This document shows positions 8,915 to 18,389 of a stretch of DNA of 64,000 bases, piece by piece. The stretch is taken from assembly GCA_963666425.2 (NCBI GenBank), contig OY762825.2:1952001-2016000 (forward strand). The letters are read 5' to 3'. The notes under the pieces are model-generated. The model was given only the letters and a program-made list of their open reading frames with translations, did not search any database and had not been told where the DNA came from. Origin of the DNA: Bacillota bacterium (GTDB taxonomy: Bacteria; Bacillota; JAAYKD01). Numbering within the stretch: the first letter of the stretch is position 1; every line of letters starts with the position of its first letter. Made by a program: the position numbers and the translations under genes.

Positions 8915-10288
8915 ATGATCCATCAGTATCAATTGAATGGCTATTCCATCGTGCTGGATGTTTACAGCGGATCGGTGCATGTTGTTGATAAAGTTGCTTA
9001 TGAGATGATCAGTCTCTACGAGAAGGCTGAAAAAGAGCAAATTATCGCCCAGATGCTGGCAAAATATGCTGCTGATCAGGTCAGCGAGCAGGACCTGCGG
9101 CAGTGTTTTGAGGATCTCGAAGCATTGAAAGCGGCGGGTAAACTGTTTAGCGAAGATGTTTATGCCGAGAAAGCGCTCGATTTAAAGAAACGCAGCACGG
9201 TGATTAAGGCGCTTTGTCTGCATGTAGCGCATACCTGTAATTTAAATTGCGAATACTGTTTTGCCAGTCAGGGTAAGTATCAGGGAGAACGCGCCTTGAT
9301 GAGCCTGGAAGTAGGTAAACAGGCCCTTGATTTTCTGATCGCTCATTCGGGAACGCGGGTCAATTTGGAAGTGGATTTCTTTGGTGGCGAGCCGCTGATG
9401 AATTGGCAGGTTGTCAAACAGCTGGTGGCTTACGGACGCAGCCGGGAGCAAGCCTGCCACAAGAAATTCCGCTTCACTCTGACTACCAACGGCATGCTGC
9501 TCGATGATGAAGTGACAGATTTCTGCAATCGGGAAATGTACAATGTGGTCCTGAGCCTGGACGGCAGAAAAGAAGTGCATGACAATTTGCGTAAGAACTA
9601 TGCAGGTGAGGGCAGTTACGAGACCATTGTACCGAAATTCCAACGTTTGGTAGCAAAACGCGGTCAGCAAGGTTATTATATCCGGGGCACCTATACCCAT
9701 CACAATATTGATTTCAGCAACGATTTGCTGCACATGGCGGACCTTGGTTTTACGCAGCTCAGTATGGAACCGGTCGTTTGTGCGCCGAATGATCCCTATG
9801 CCCTGACCGAAGCAGATTTGCCGGTGCTTTTTGAACAATATGAAATCCTGGCCAAGGCGATGATCCAGCGTAAAAAAGAAGGCAAAGCTATCACCTTCTA
9901 CCATTATATGCTCGATTTGAGCAACGGACCCTGCATTTATAAACGAATTTCCGGCTGTGGCGCCGGAACGGAATATATGGCCGTCACACCCTGGGGAGAA
10001 CTCTTCCCCTGCCATCAATTTGTAGGCGATCCTAAATTCAGCCTGGGCAATCTCTGTGACGGTGTCACTAATTTGGAATTGCAGGATGAATTTAAACTAT
10101 GTAATGTCTATGCTCACCCGGAATGTAATGATTGCTGGGCCAGGCTCTATTGTTCCGGCGGTTGTGCCGCCAATGCCTGCCATGCCACGGGCAGTATCAC
10201 CGGGATTTATGCCTATGGCTGTGAACTGTTCCGCAAGCGCATTGAATGCGCTATCATGATCAAAGCGGCCGAAGCGAATCCGGAATAA
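8915..10288 (+). CDS. scfB: Thioether cross-link-forming SCIFF radical SAM maturase (SPASM domain)
   Basis: CNLNCEYC radical SAM motif, FFGGEP, SPASM cysteines (CGAG..PCHQF..CNDCWARLYCSGGCAAN); adjacent to the SCIFF peptide. Confidence 0.93.
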   Translation: MIHQYQLNGYSIVLDVYSGSVHVVDKVAYEMISLYEKAEKEQIIAQMLAKYAADQVSEQDLRQCFEDLEALKAAGKLFSEDVYAEKALDLKKRSTVIKALCLHVAHTCNLNCEYCFASQGKYQGERALMSLEVGKQALDFLIAHSGTRVNLEVDFFGGEPLMNWQVVKQLVAYGRSREQACHKKFRFTLTTNGMLLDDEVTDFCNREMYNVVLSLDGRKEVHDNLRKNYAGEGSYETIVPKFQRLVAKRGQQGYYIRGTYTHHNIDFSNDLLHMADLGFTQLSMEPVVCAPNDPYALTEADLPVLFEQYEILAKAMIQRKKEGKAITFYHYMLDLSNGPCIYKRISGCGAGTEYMAVTPWGELFPCHQFVGDPKFSLGNLCDGVTNLELQDEFKLCNVYAHPECNDCWARLYCSGGCAANACHATGSITGIYAYGCELFRKRIECAIMIKAAEANPE

Positions 10289-10296
10289 AAACAAGA

Positions 10297-12117
10297 GGGG
10301 CTGTAGCAAAACAGCCTAAAAAAACAGAGCCAAGTGGCTGCGAAAAGCAGACACAAGGCTCTGTTTTTTTGGTATAATTGAATCGTGAAAAAACCACTAC
10401 ACCGTGTCCATTATGGCACGAAAAAAAGAAATGTGCAACTAAAACTTGACGAATTTTTTGCTGAGAAAATAATTCCTGCAGATGACAGTGTGCGGCTCTT
10501 AGACGAAATAATGGAGGAGATGGATGAGACCCCGCTTTGGAGAGCATATCAACGCACAGGCCGTCGCCCGGCAACAAATCCCGTTACCATGCTGAAGCTA
10601 ATGGTATATGCCAGTATGCAAGGCATTTTTTCCAGCCGCGCCATCGCCATGGCATGTAAGCGAGATATCAATTTCATCTGGCTGCTCAATGGAAAAAAAG
10701 CACCTAACCACAGCGAAATCGCGCGTTTTCGAAGTAAACGGCTGACAAAATGCGGTGAGGAGCTTTTCTACCAATTGGTGAAAAAGCTGGCAAACTTGAG
10801 TGAAATCAAGTTTGAGCATCTGTTTGTAGACGGGACAAAACTCGAAGCGAATGCGAACAAGTATAGCTTTGTCTGGAAAAAAAGCACGACGAAATATGAA
10901 AGCAGGCTACTTGACAAACTGTCGAAGTGGCTGCCTGAGCTGTCTGCAAAATACGGTATTCTGGCAGAAACGTCGGAAGATTTGCTGCAGATCCTCGAGC
11001 GCCGGATAACCGCACCGTTTGTCTACGGCAAGGGCAAGCGAAAAAGCGAGTTGCAAAGGGATATCGAGCAGCTTCGGGAACTGCTCGGCCGGAAAGAAAA
11101 GTATGCCGGATATCAAACGACCTTCCAAGGGCGGAATAGCTTCTCTAAAATTGATCCGGATGCGACTTTCATGCATATGAAAGACGATCATATGCGTAAC
11201 GCGCAATTGAAACCGGGTTATAACATCCAACTTGGAGTGGAAGGTGAATATATTACAGGTGTCCAGGTTTCCAGTGAGCGCAGCGATCAGCTTACACTCA
11301 TACCCTTGCTGGAAAATATGGAATCACATCTGGGGACAAGTTACGAAGATGTCACAGCGGATGCGGGTTATGAGAGCGAGGAAAATTACACCTTTTTTGA
11401 AAATAAAACCACACAGTGTTACATTAAGCCTCAAAATTATGAGCGGTCTAAAACGAAGAAATACAAGAGCAACATGGCGCTGAGGGAAAACATGGCCTAT
11501 GACAAGACACTGGATGAATACACCTGTCAGGCTGAAAAGAAGCTCAGAGCAGTTTATACAGGCAAACGTAAGAGCAAGTCTGGTTTTGAAAGTGAGATCA
11601 CCTACTACGCATGTGAGGATTGCGGAACGTGTCCCTATAAAAAGAAATGCACCCGATCGAAGGGAAACAGGAAACTGCAGGTCTCCAAGAAATTCATTGA
11701 GCAGCGTCAACAGTCACTGGAGCGGATCACCAGTGCCAAGGGGATCTTGCTGCGGATGAATCGTTCCATTCAGTCAGAAGGAGCCTTCGGCGTGATCAAG
11801 CAGGATTACGGCTTCCGTCAGTTCCTGCTCCGCGGCAATAAAAAGGTTTTGGCAGAGATTCTTTTGGTGGCAATGGGCTACAACATCAACAAATTACACA
11901 ACAAGATTCAACAAAATCGCACCGGCAGACAATTGTTTAAAAAACTTACGGCTTAACAATAGTAAAAATCAGAATATTTCCTGTATTTGGGTGAGATTTT
12001 ATCTGACCTTTATATTTCTGTCTGCTGTTTTTCGTATTAGCTTGTTTTTCGTTTGTGAAAAATGATACTGGAGCATCAAAAAGAGACTGTAGCAATTTTT
12101 CATTTTGCTACAGCCCC
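10297..12117 (+). mobile_element. IS1182-family insertion sequence, copy 2 (1821 bp)
   Basis: Same terminal inverted repeats and same transposase as copy 1 (offset 5347 bp), same orientation. Confidence 0.9.
10385..11956 (+). CDS. IS1182 family DDE transposase
   Basis: Protein identical to 5038-6609. Confidence 0.92.
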   Translation: MKKPLHRVHYGTKKRNVQLKLDEFFAEKIIPADDSVRLLDEIMEEMDETPLWRAYQRTGRRPATNPVTMLKLMVYASMQGIFSSRAIAMACKRDINFIWLLNGKKAPNHSEIARFRSKRLTKCGEELFYQLVKKLANLSEIKFEHLFVDGTKLEANANKYSFVWKKSTTKYESRLLDKLSKWLPELSAKYGILAETSEDLLQILERRITAPFVYGKGKRKSELQRDIEQLRELLGRKEKYAGYQTTFQGRNSFSKIDPDATFMHMKDDHMRNAQLKPGYNIQLGVEGEYITGVQVSSERSDQLTLIPLLENMESHLGTSYEDVTADAGYESEENYTFFENKTTQCYIKPQNYERSKTKKYKSNMALRENMAYDKTLDEYTCQAEKKLRAVYTGKRKSKSGFESEITYYACEDCGTCPYKKKCTRSKGNRKLQVSKKFIEQRQQSLERITSAKGILLRMNRSIQSEGAFGVIKQDYGFRQFLLRGNKKVLAEILLVAMGYNINKLHNKIQQNRTGRQLFKKLTA

Positions 12118-12125
12118 TTTTTTCA

Positions 12126-13238
12126 TCATTTCGTTAAGCCGAGGAAAAGTGTTACGGCAATTTCCAGCAGTTCATCCCGGAAATCGTAAGCAAAGGTGTG
12201 AACCGGGGGATAATCTTCCCCATTGCCCAAATAGCAGATGGCCCCCTTGGTCAGTTTGGTATAGTAACCGAAATCTTCCGAGCCCCGCTGCGCCTTGGTC
12301 AATTCGTTGACCTCGAGACCGTTGGCTTTGGCAGCGCGGCGAATCTGATCCACGCTTTCTTTGTGGTTGAAGGTTTCCGGAAAAATGTCCTGGTAAGAAA
12401 TAGCAACCGTCAAGCCATCGCGCAGCGCCAGCGCGGCAGCAAGCTTCTCCAGGTTTTGCTGCAGACGCTCGAGTTCGGTTTCCCGTTCTGCCCGAAGGGT
12501 CAGGCGCAAATCTCCCTGGCTCGCAGAGATGCCAAAGGCTTTTTCGCCCAGCTCAACCTGAATGACGGTGCATAAGACCAGACCCTGTTGTTTTTCCGGA
12601 GCGGTCAGCTCAGGGATCGCCAGGATGATGGCAGCGATGGCGGCCGCCGGATTGCGGCCCGCTTCCGGCTGGCTGGCGTGGGAGGGGATCCCCTGCAGAT
12701 GAATGGTCATGCCTCTTGAAGCGCAGTGTGCCGTGTTGTCAATCACATTCACCGAGCCAAAAGGCATGCCGCTCATATTGTGAAAAGCATAAATTCCATC
12801 GATTTTATGCTCACGAATCATAGCAGAACAGGGCTCGCCGCCGGCTCCGATTTCTTCGGCCGGTTGAAAAAGCAAGAAAATATTCTGCTCAGCTCCCTGT
12901 TGGTCAATTTCTAAGGCAAGACCGGCCAGAACTGCTGCGTGCCCATCATGGCCGCACTTATGAGCTACGCCGGGGCAGCGGGAAGCATAGGGTAAGTCAA
13001 TACCTTCCGGCATGGGCAGCGCATCAAAATCAGCCCGAAAGGCAACATTTTTCCTGTCCGGTCCGGCGTGATAAACCGCATAAAACCAGAAGCCTCTGTC
13101 GACGATCTCCAATTTTGTATTTTGCCGTAAAAAATCGATCAGATGCTGCTTTGTCCAGCTTTCCTGTAAAGATACTTCGGGATGTTGATGCAGTTCGTGC
13201 CGTAATTGTATCACGCGCTGCAGATTTTCTGGTTTCAT
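12126..13238 (-). CDS. M20D family amidohydrolase
   Basis: RHELHQHPE, FRADFDALP, HKCGHDGH, FQPAEE, GSEDF; probable start 13238 after GGGAGG. Confidence 0.9.
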   Translation of the reverse strand: MKPENLQRVIQLRHELHQHPEVSLQESWTKQHLIDFLRQNTKLEIVDRGFWFYAVYHAGPDRKNVAFRADFDALPMPEGIDLPYASRCPGVAHKCGHDGHAAVLAGLALEIDQQGAEQNIFLLFQPAEEIGAGGEPCSAMIREHKIDGIYAFHNMSGMPFGSVNVIDNTAHCASRGMTIHLQGIPSHASQPEAGRNPAAAIAAIILAIPELTAPEKQQGLVLCTVIQVELGEKAFGISASQGDLRLTLRAERETELERLQQNLEKLAAALALRDGLTVAISYQDIFPETFNHKESVDQIRRAAKANGLEVNELTKAQRGSEDFGYYTKLTKGAICYLGNGEDYPPVHTFAYDFRDELLEIAVTLFLGLTK

Positions 13239-13387
13239 CGGATTCACCCTCCCCATCATTCAGGCTTCCCTCGCAAAGTCAACCGATTGATTGTACTTTA
13301 CACAAAAGCAAGGTTGCAGTCAAGTATTTTTTTCTCTGCTAGTAAAAACCTCAAAATAACCAAGTAGCAGGAAAATCATACTGCCTC

Positions 13388-13438
13388 TTGACAAAATACG
13401 CAAACAATATTATAATATGTTTATAAAATTAGTAAACA
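13388..13438 (+). promoter_or_regulatory. Consensus sigma-A promoter with downstream inverted-repeat operator
   Basis: TTGACA(13388)-17 bp-TATAAT(13411); TGTTTA-N9-TAAACA at 13418-13438. Confidence 0.7.
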
Positions 13439-13454
13439 ATAGGAGAGTGACACC

Positions 13455-14216
13455 TTGGCAGATCTGGAAAACTTATCAATGCAGGAAATCGTGCAGGGTT
13501 ATTTTCTTGACGCAGGTCAAAATGCTTACGTTTGCACAGACTGCGGCAGTTCTTTTGCCGTTGGCGAAGTCTACCGACTGGCTGAAAGGTATTTTCAAGC
13601 CGAACAGGCAGTGCAGATGCATCAGAAAACCATGCATCAAAATAGATTGGCTGAATTTTTAGCGGCAGACAGTAAGTATTTGTCTTTGACTGAAAATCAG
13701 AAAATTCTACTGCAGCAATTCGGTCAGGGTTATACGGACAGTGAGGTGGCAAAGCGGCTGCAGGTGTCTCCCTCAACCGTGCGGCATCAGCGTTTCATGT
13801 TTCGGGAAAAAGCCAAAGCAGCCAAAATCTACTTGGCGGTTTGGCAAATGGTCTCAGAGGAGATGGGTAAAGGTAAAAATACGGACGGCAGTCAATTACT
13901 GCCTGTTCATGAAGGAGCAACCATGGTAGACGAACGATACGAAATCACCGAAGCGGAAGCAAAAAAAATCATCCATGCCGCTTTCACCAGTTTAGAACCT
14001 CTGCAATTAAAAGTGTTTCCGGTCAAGCAGAAAAAGAAGCTCGTCATTCTGCGGCTGATTGCGGAACAGTTTGAAAAGAACAAGAAATACACTGAAAAAG
14101 AAGTGAACAGTATCCTGACCGGTATTTATGATGATTTTGTCAGCATCCGGCGTTACTTAATCGAATATGGTTTTATGGATCGAGTCAATGATGGCAGCGC
14201 TTATTGGCTGAAATAA
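13455..14216 (+). CDS. DUF2087 domain protein with CxxC and LuxR-like HTH (putative regulator)
   Basis: CTDC, LTENQK..SEVAKRLQVSPSTVRHQR HTH, C-terminal YTEKEVN..DDFVSIRRYLIEYGFMDR (DUF2087). Confidence 0.8.
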   Translation: MADLENLSMQEIVQGYFLDAGQNAYVCTDCGSSFAVGEVYRLAERYFQAEQAVQMHQKTMHQNRLAEFLAADSKYLSLTENQKILLQQFGQGYTDSEVAKRLQVSPSTVRHQRFMFREKAKAAKIYLAVWQMVSEEMGKGKNTDGSQLLPVHEGATMVDERYEITEAEAKKIIHAAFTSLEPLQLKVFPVKQKKKLVILRLIAEQFEKNKKYTEKEVNSILTGIYDDFVSIRRYLIEYGFMDRVNDGSAYWLK

Positions 14217-14372
14217 GCTTGGTTCCACGGCCCGGCGGCGAAAACTGAGCCAATGGTCTTGCCGCAGACAGGCGAAGAGAAGTTGCCATTTTTGCCCAAT
14301 AACAAAGGGTTTTCTGTCTTCCATCCAGAATAATCTCCTCAAGAATACAATTCAACGGGAGGGTGGCGTCAG

Positions 14373-14756
14373 ATGAAAAGCAGAAAGAAAGACAAGAAAC
14401 TCATCTGGTTCGGCAGAGCGGCCGGTATTTTCTATACGCTGTTTTTAATGCTCTTTTCTCTGGACGCTTTTCAGGAAGGCGGCAATTTTCTGACGCAGTT
14501 GGGCGGATTTTTACTGCATTCTGTACCTTCTTTGCTTTTGTTTGCGATCCTCTTTCTGACTTGGAATTCACCTCTGCGGACCGGTTTTCTCTTGCTGACT
14601 TTTGGCCTGGGTTTCATTGCTTTCAGTATCTTCAGCCATCGGCAGTCTCAGTTGGAAATTGCTTATTTGCTGCCGCAGCTGCTTGTTTTCCTGCCGGCTC
14701 TCGTGATCGGTGTTATTTTTATCTATGCGGTTTGGCACAAGACACGGGTGAATTAA
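14373..14756 (+). CDS. Small integral membrane protein
   Basis: Four hydrophobic segments; GGGAGG RBS. Confidence 0.65.
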   Translation: MKSRKKDKKLIWFGRAAGIFYTLFLMLFSLDAFQEGGNFLTQLGGFLLHSVPSLLLFAILFLTWNSPLRTGFLLLTFGLGFIAFSIFSHRQSQLEIAYLLPQLLVFLPALVIGVIFIYAVWHKTRVN

Positions 14757-15024
14757 GCCGCTTGACAACGAAAAATCCCTTTTTTCCAGCGAGAGTGCGG
14801 ATCGCTCGGATGGCAAGGACCGCCGGGCTTTTTTAGAGTACATATTACGCCGCGGTTGCTGGATAGCCAAGAGATGTCACAATTAACTCGTATCATCATG
14901 ATAACAATGTTGTGATAAATTTTTCTATCAATAATAAAGGGATATTATCATACCATCAAGAATTAGCAGAAAATAACCGAGCAAAACGAACTTTGCCGGA
15001 AGATGAACAAATAGGAGAAATGTA

Positions 15025-15312
15025 ATGAATATTTTTACGAAGGCGATCGTTTCGAACTCCGAGATGATCAAGAATTATAAGACCTGCCGGGAGAAGGCAG
15101 AAGAGTTAGGGAAGATTTTCGTTTTAAAGAATAATCAACCGGATGCCGTCTTGTTCTCCATTACGGAATACGAACGAATGTCTGACTTTGTCGAATACCT
15201 GGAAAGTCTGGAGCCGGCCGAGTTTGCCGAAGTGATGGAAACCCTGCCGAAGAAAGGCGCTCGCATCAATTATTCCTTGAAACATTTGAGGAGCGATATC
15301 GACGAAAAGTAA
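15025..15312 (+). CDS. Phd/YefM-family antitoxin-like protein (paralogue 1)
   Basis: IVSNSEMIKNY...IFVLKNNQPDAVLFSITEYERM matches the Phd/YefM DNA-binding fold pattern; AGGAG RBS. Confidence 0.7.
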   Translation: MNIFTKAIVSNSEMIKNYKTCREKAEELGKIFVLKNNQPDAVLFSITEYERMSDFVEYLESLEPAEFAEVMETLPKKGARINYSLKHLRSDIDEK

Positions 15313-15329
15313 CAAGAAAAGGTTCGCAG

Positions 15330-15369
15330 TGAAGTGGTGACGTTTATAAAAACGTTGCCGCTTTTTTTA
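15330..15369 (+). terminator. Rho-independent terminator after paralogue 1
   Basis: AAGTGGTGACGTTT-AT-AAAAACGTTGCCGCTT then T-tract. Confidence 0.55.
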
Positions 15370-15488
15370 TGCCTAAACAGGGCTGTAACTGCACGGCAAA
15401 TATATCGATAAATAATGATAATAAAAAATCTTATAATGAATCATATAAAAAATCATATAAATAATATAATAATTATTATCAATATTAT

Positions 15489-15517
15489 TTGACAAAACAT
15501 GCAAACTGTGCTAAGAT
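15489..15517 (+). promoter_or_regulatory. Sigma-A promoter with extended -10
   Basis: TTGACA-17 bp-TAAGAT with TG at -15/-14, preceded by a very AT-rich tract. Confidence 0.6.
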
Positions 15518-15554
15518 GAAGACAGATTTCAGTATAAGGGTGGTGATTGGTAAA

Positions 15555-15842
15555 ATGAAGATCTTGACAGAAGCGATCGTGTCAAACTCGGAAATGATCA
15601 AAAAATACAAAGACTGCAGAGCGAAAGCGGAGCGACTGGGTAAGATATTTATTTTAAAAAACAACCAGCCTGATGCAGTCCTCTTTTCCATTGCCGCCTA
15701 CGAAAAACTTTCGGTACTGATCGAATATCTGGAAAAATTGCAGACAGCCGACTTTGAAAAATTCGTCGAATTCATTCCGAATGAAGATTATACGAAAGCT
15801 TATCCGTTTGGCATCACAAAAGCAGATCTCAACCAGTTTTAG
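15555..15842 (+). CDS. Phd/YefM-family antitoxin-like protein (paralogue 2)
   Basis: MKILTEAIVSNSEMIKKYKDCRAKAERLGKIFILKNNQPDAVLFS, clearly homologous to 15025-15312. Confidence 0.7.
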   Translation: MKILTEAIVSNSEMIKKYKDCRAKAERLGKIFILKNNQPDAVLFSIAAYEKLSVLIEYLEKLQTADFEKFVEFIPNEDYTKAYPFGITKADLNQF

Positions 15843-15914
15843 ATGCACTGCCGCAGGTAGCAGCGCTCAAAGCTTCACACAAGGATTGTTAGATTAGAAA
15901 GGCAGGGAATCAGA

Positions 15915-18389
15915 ATGAAAACTCTTAAGACAAGAAAAATGACCGCATTGTTTACTCTACTCTTCCTTATCGTGACGACATCATTCCCCGTTTTGGCGGC
16001 ATCGCCGGCCAAGATCGAATTAGGCTCTACCTCCAGTTTTGCTATCCTAGCGGGGTCGACCATTACAAACACCGGAACGACCAGCATCAGCGGAACTGCT
16101 GGTGGTAATATTGGCTTATATCCCGGTTCCGCCTTTGGTGCTACCGGAGTGACAACCACCGGTACCGCCTATATCTCGGATGCCGGCGGGGTAGCAAGTT
16201 TAGCCAAAGCCGATCTGGTAACCGCCTATAATCAAACGGCAGGCACTATCTCTACGGCAACCATTGCAGCCGATCTCGGCGGCATGACCTTAGCACCCGG
16301 CGTTTATACTTCACAAACCAGTATCAATATCACCGGCACGCTGACTCTGGATGGCCAGAATAATCCCGAAGCAATGTTTATTTTCCAGGCGGGTTCCACT
16401 TTGACCACTGCCTCAGGCAGTGAAATCAAATTAATCAATGGTGCCACCTCTGATCAGGTTTTCTGGCAGGTTGGAAGTTCCGCCACCTTAGGGACCAATT
16501 CAAAATTTGCTGGCCATATTTTCGCGATGCTTTCCATCACCGCTACGACCGGCGCTTCAGTACAAGGTCAGTTGTTAGCCCGCAATGGTGCTGTCACGCT
16601 GGACTCGAATACGATTATCAATAATGGTTCCTCCACTACCTTAACGGTAATCAAAAAAGTGATCAATGACAACACCGGTACCGCGCTGCCAGCCGATTTC
16701 ACACTGCATGTGAAAACTGCAGGCGCCTTGGGCACTGATGTCAGCGGCAGTCCTGCGCTCGGTTCAGTTTCGGGCCACGTTTACACGTTACTCCCGGGTA
16801 ATTATACCGTGAGTGAAAATCTCGCTGCCGGTTATAGCGCAAGCTTCCTCGGCGCTGATGCGCTCGGTAATGTCAGTCTCGCTGCAGGAGAAAATAAAAC
16901 GGTGACGCTGATTAACGACGATATCGCTGTTCCTGTGATTGCGCCGTTGATTAACATCATTAAAACACCATCACCTGCCGCTCTGCATGCCGGGACCGGT
17001 TCGGTTACTTACACTTATATGGTGACCAATCCGGGTTCAGTCGAACTGACCAGTGTGATTGTGACCGATGATAAAATCAACACAGTCAACTATGTCTCAG
17101 GCGACTTGAATTCAGATCAGATTCTGCAGGTCACTGAAACCTGGATTTACACCTCTACCACAATGCTCAGCACGACCACAACCAATACAGCCACAGTCAA
17201 AGGCACCGGCAATGGTCTGCAGGCAATTGATCTTGCCTATGCGACGGTAATTGTGACGCCGGTGCAAACGGAATTACCCATTCCTCCGCTGATCAATGTA
17301 GTAAAAACCGCATCTCCGCAGGCCTTGCTCTTTGGACCCGGTCCGATTACGTATACCTATAAAATTACGAATCCCGGTCTGGTCGCGCTCAGCGATGTCA
17401 GTATCAGCGATGATAAAATCCAGATGATCTATTATGACAGCGGTGATCTCAATGCGGATGGCTTGCTGCAGATGGATGAAACCTGGACTTACAGCGGAAT
17501 TGCATCACTCAGTGAAACCACCACTAACACCGTCACTGTCACGGGCAAAGCCAATGGCATGACGGCCACCGATCTCGCTTACGCAACTGTGACAGTCACT
17601 CCTCTGACGACTCCCTTGATTCGGGTTGTCAAGACGGCTTCTCCGCTCTCACTTCCCGCACCTGGTTTGGTCACCTACACCTATCAGGTCACAAACCCCG
17701 GTGTGCCTGCTTTGCACAATATCGGTATCTTTGATGATAAGATCAGCATGATCTATTACGATTCCGGTGATCTCAATGCGGATAATTTACTGCAGGCGGG
17801 TGAAACCTGGATCTATACCGGTATTGCTTCCCTGAGTGCCACGACGACCAATCAGGTCACGGTACAGGGTGCAGCCAATGGCATGATCGCTTCGGACACC
17901 GACATTGTTACCGTGAGTGTAGTGCCGGCTGTCGCTCCGATCATTCACCTTGAGAAGACTGCTGCGCCGATGGCTTTGACCAGCGGACCAGGATTGGTCA
18001 CCTATACCTATACTGTCACGAATCCCGGCACGGTCAGCATGAGTGAAGTTTTTGTCAGTGATGATAAAATCGCCACCATCTACTACACATCCGGGGATCT
18101 CAATCATGATTACCTGCTGCAGACAGACGAAACTTGGATCTTTACCGCTGCAGCAACTCTGCAAGCCACCACGACCAATACAGCGATTGTCCAAGGCAGC
18201 GCGAATGGGCTGACAGTCACGGATCAAGCGGCTGTCACAGTGAACGTTAGCTTGGCTCCGGTGATTACAACCCAACCCGGCGGAACCTTGCCGGTAACGG
18301 CGTCTCCCTGGTCAACTTTGATGCTGGTTGGTTTCGCCATGCTGATGCTGGGGGCAGTGAGTTGGATTTTTGTCAGAAGATATGAATAG
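15915..18389 (+). CDS. Cell-wall-anchored ice-binding-like (DUF3494) protein with four Ig-like repeats
   Basis: Signal peptide; DUF3494 motifs (FAILAGSTITNTG, TLAPGVY, FIFQAGSTLTT, VFWQVGSSATLG, GQLLARNGAVTLDSN); four ~110-aa repeats; LPVTA + TM + RR sorting signal. Confidence 0.85.
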   Translation: MKTLKTRKMTALFTLLFLIVTTSFPVLAASPAKIELGSTSSFAILAGSTITNTGTTSISGTAGGNIGLYPGSAFGATGVTTTGTAYISDAGGVASLAKADLVTAYNQTAGTISTATIAADLGGMTLAPGVYTSQTSINITGTLTLDGQNNPEAMFIFQAGSTLTTASGSEIKLINGATSDQVFWQVGSSATLGTNSKFAGHIFAMLSITATTGASVQGQLLARNGAVTLDSNTIINNGSSTTLTVIKKVINDNTGTALPADFTLHVKTAGALGTDVSGSPALGSVSGHVYTLLPGNYTVSENLAAGYSASFLGADALGNVSLAAGENKTVTLINDDIAVPVIAPLINIIKTPSPAALHAGTGSVTYTYMVTNPGSVELTSVIVTDDKINTVNYVSGDLNSDQILQVTETWIYTSTTMLSTTTTNTATVKGTGNGLQAIDLAYATVIVTPVQTELPIPPLINVVKTASPQALLFGPGPITYTYKITNPGLVALSDVSISDDKIQMIYYDSGDLNADGLLQMDETWTYSGIASLSETTTNTVTVTGKANGMTATDLAYATVTVTPLTTPLIRVVKTASPLSLPAPGLVTYTYQVTNPGVPALHNIGIFDDKISMIYYDSGDLNADNLLQAGETWIYTGIASLSATTTNQVTVQGAANGMIASDTDIVTVSVVPAVAPIIHLEKTAAPMALTSGPGLVTYTYTVTNPGTVSMSEVFVSDDKIATIYYTSGDLNHDYLLQTDETWIFTAAATLQATTTNTAIVQGSANGLTVTDQAAVTVNVSLAPVITTQPGGTLPVTASPWSTLMLVGFAMLMLGAVSWIFVRRYE
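16944..18255 (+). repeat. Four tandem ~330-bp coding repeats (Ig-like domains with GDLNxDxxLQxxETW motif)
   Basis: Units begin at 16944, 17286, 17613 and 17937 (PLINIIKT/PLINVVKT/PLIRVVKT/PIIHLEKT). Confidence 0.85.

Noticed and set aside
4941-12125. Target-site duplications flanking the IS1182 copies or the composite
   Set aside because: Left flanks are A-rich and right flanks T-rich; no direct repeat visible.
14757-15020. c-di-GMP or other riboswitch upstream of the Phd/adhesin cluster
   Set aside because: Could not match the conserved elements of any riboswitch class I know on either strand.
15025-15842. Complete type II toxin-antitoxin modules
   Set aside because: No RelE/Doc/PIN toxin ORF follows either gene; the first is followed by a terminator and the second by the adhesin.
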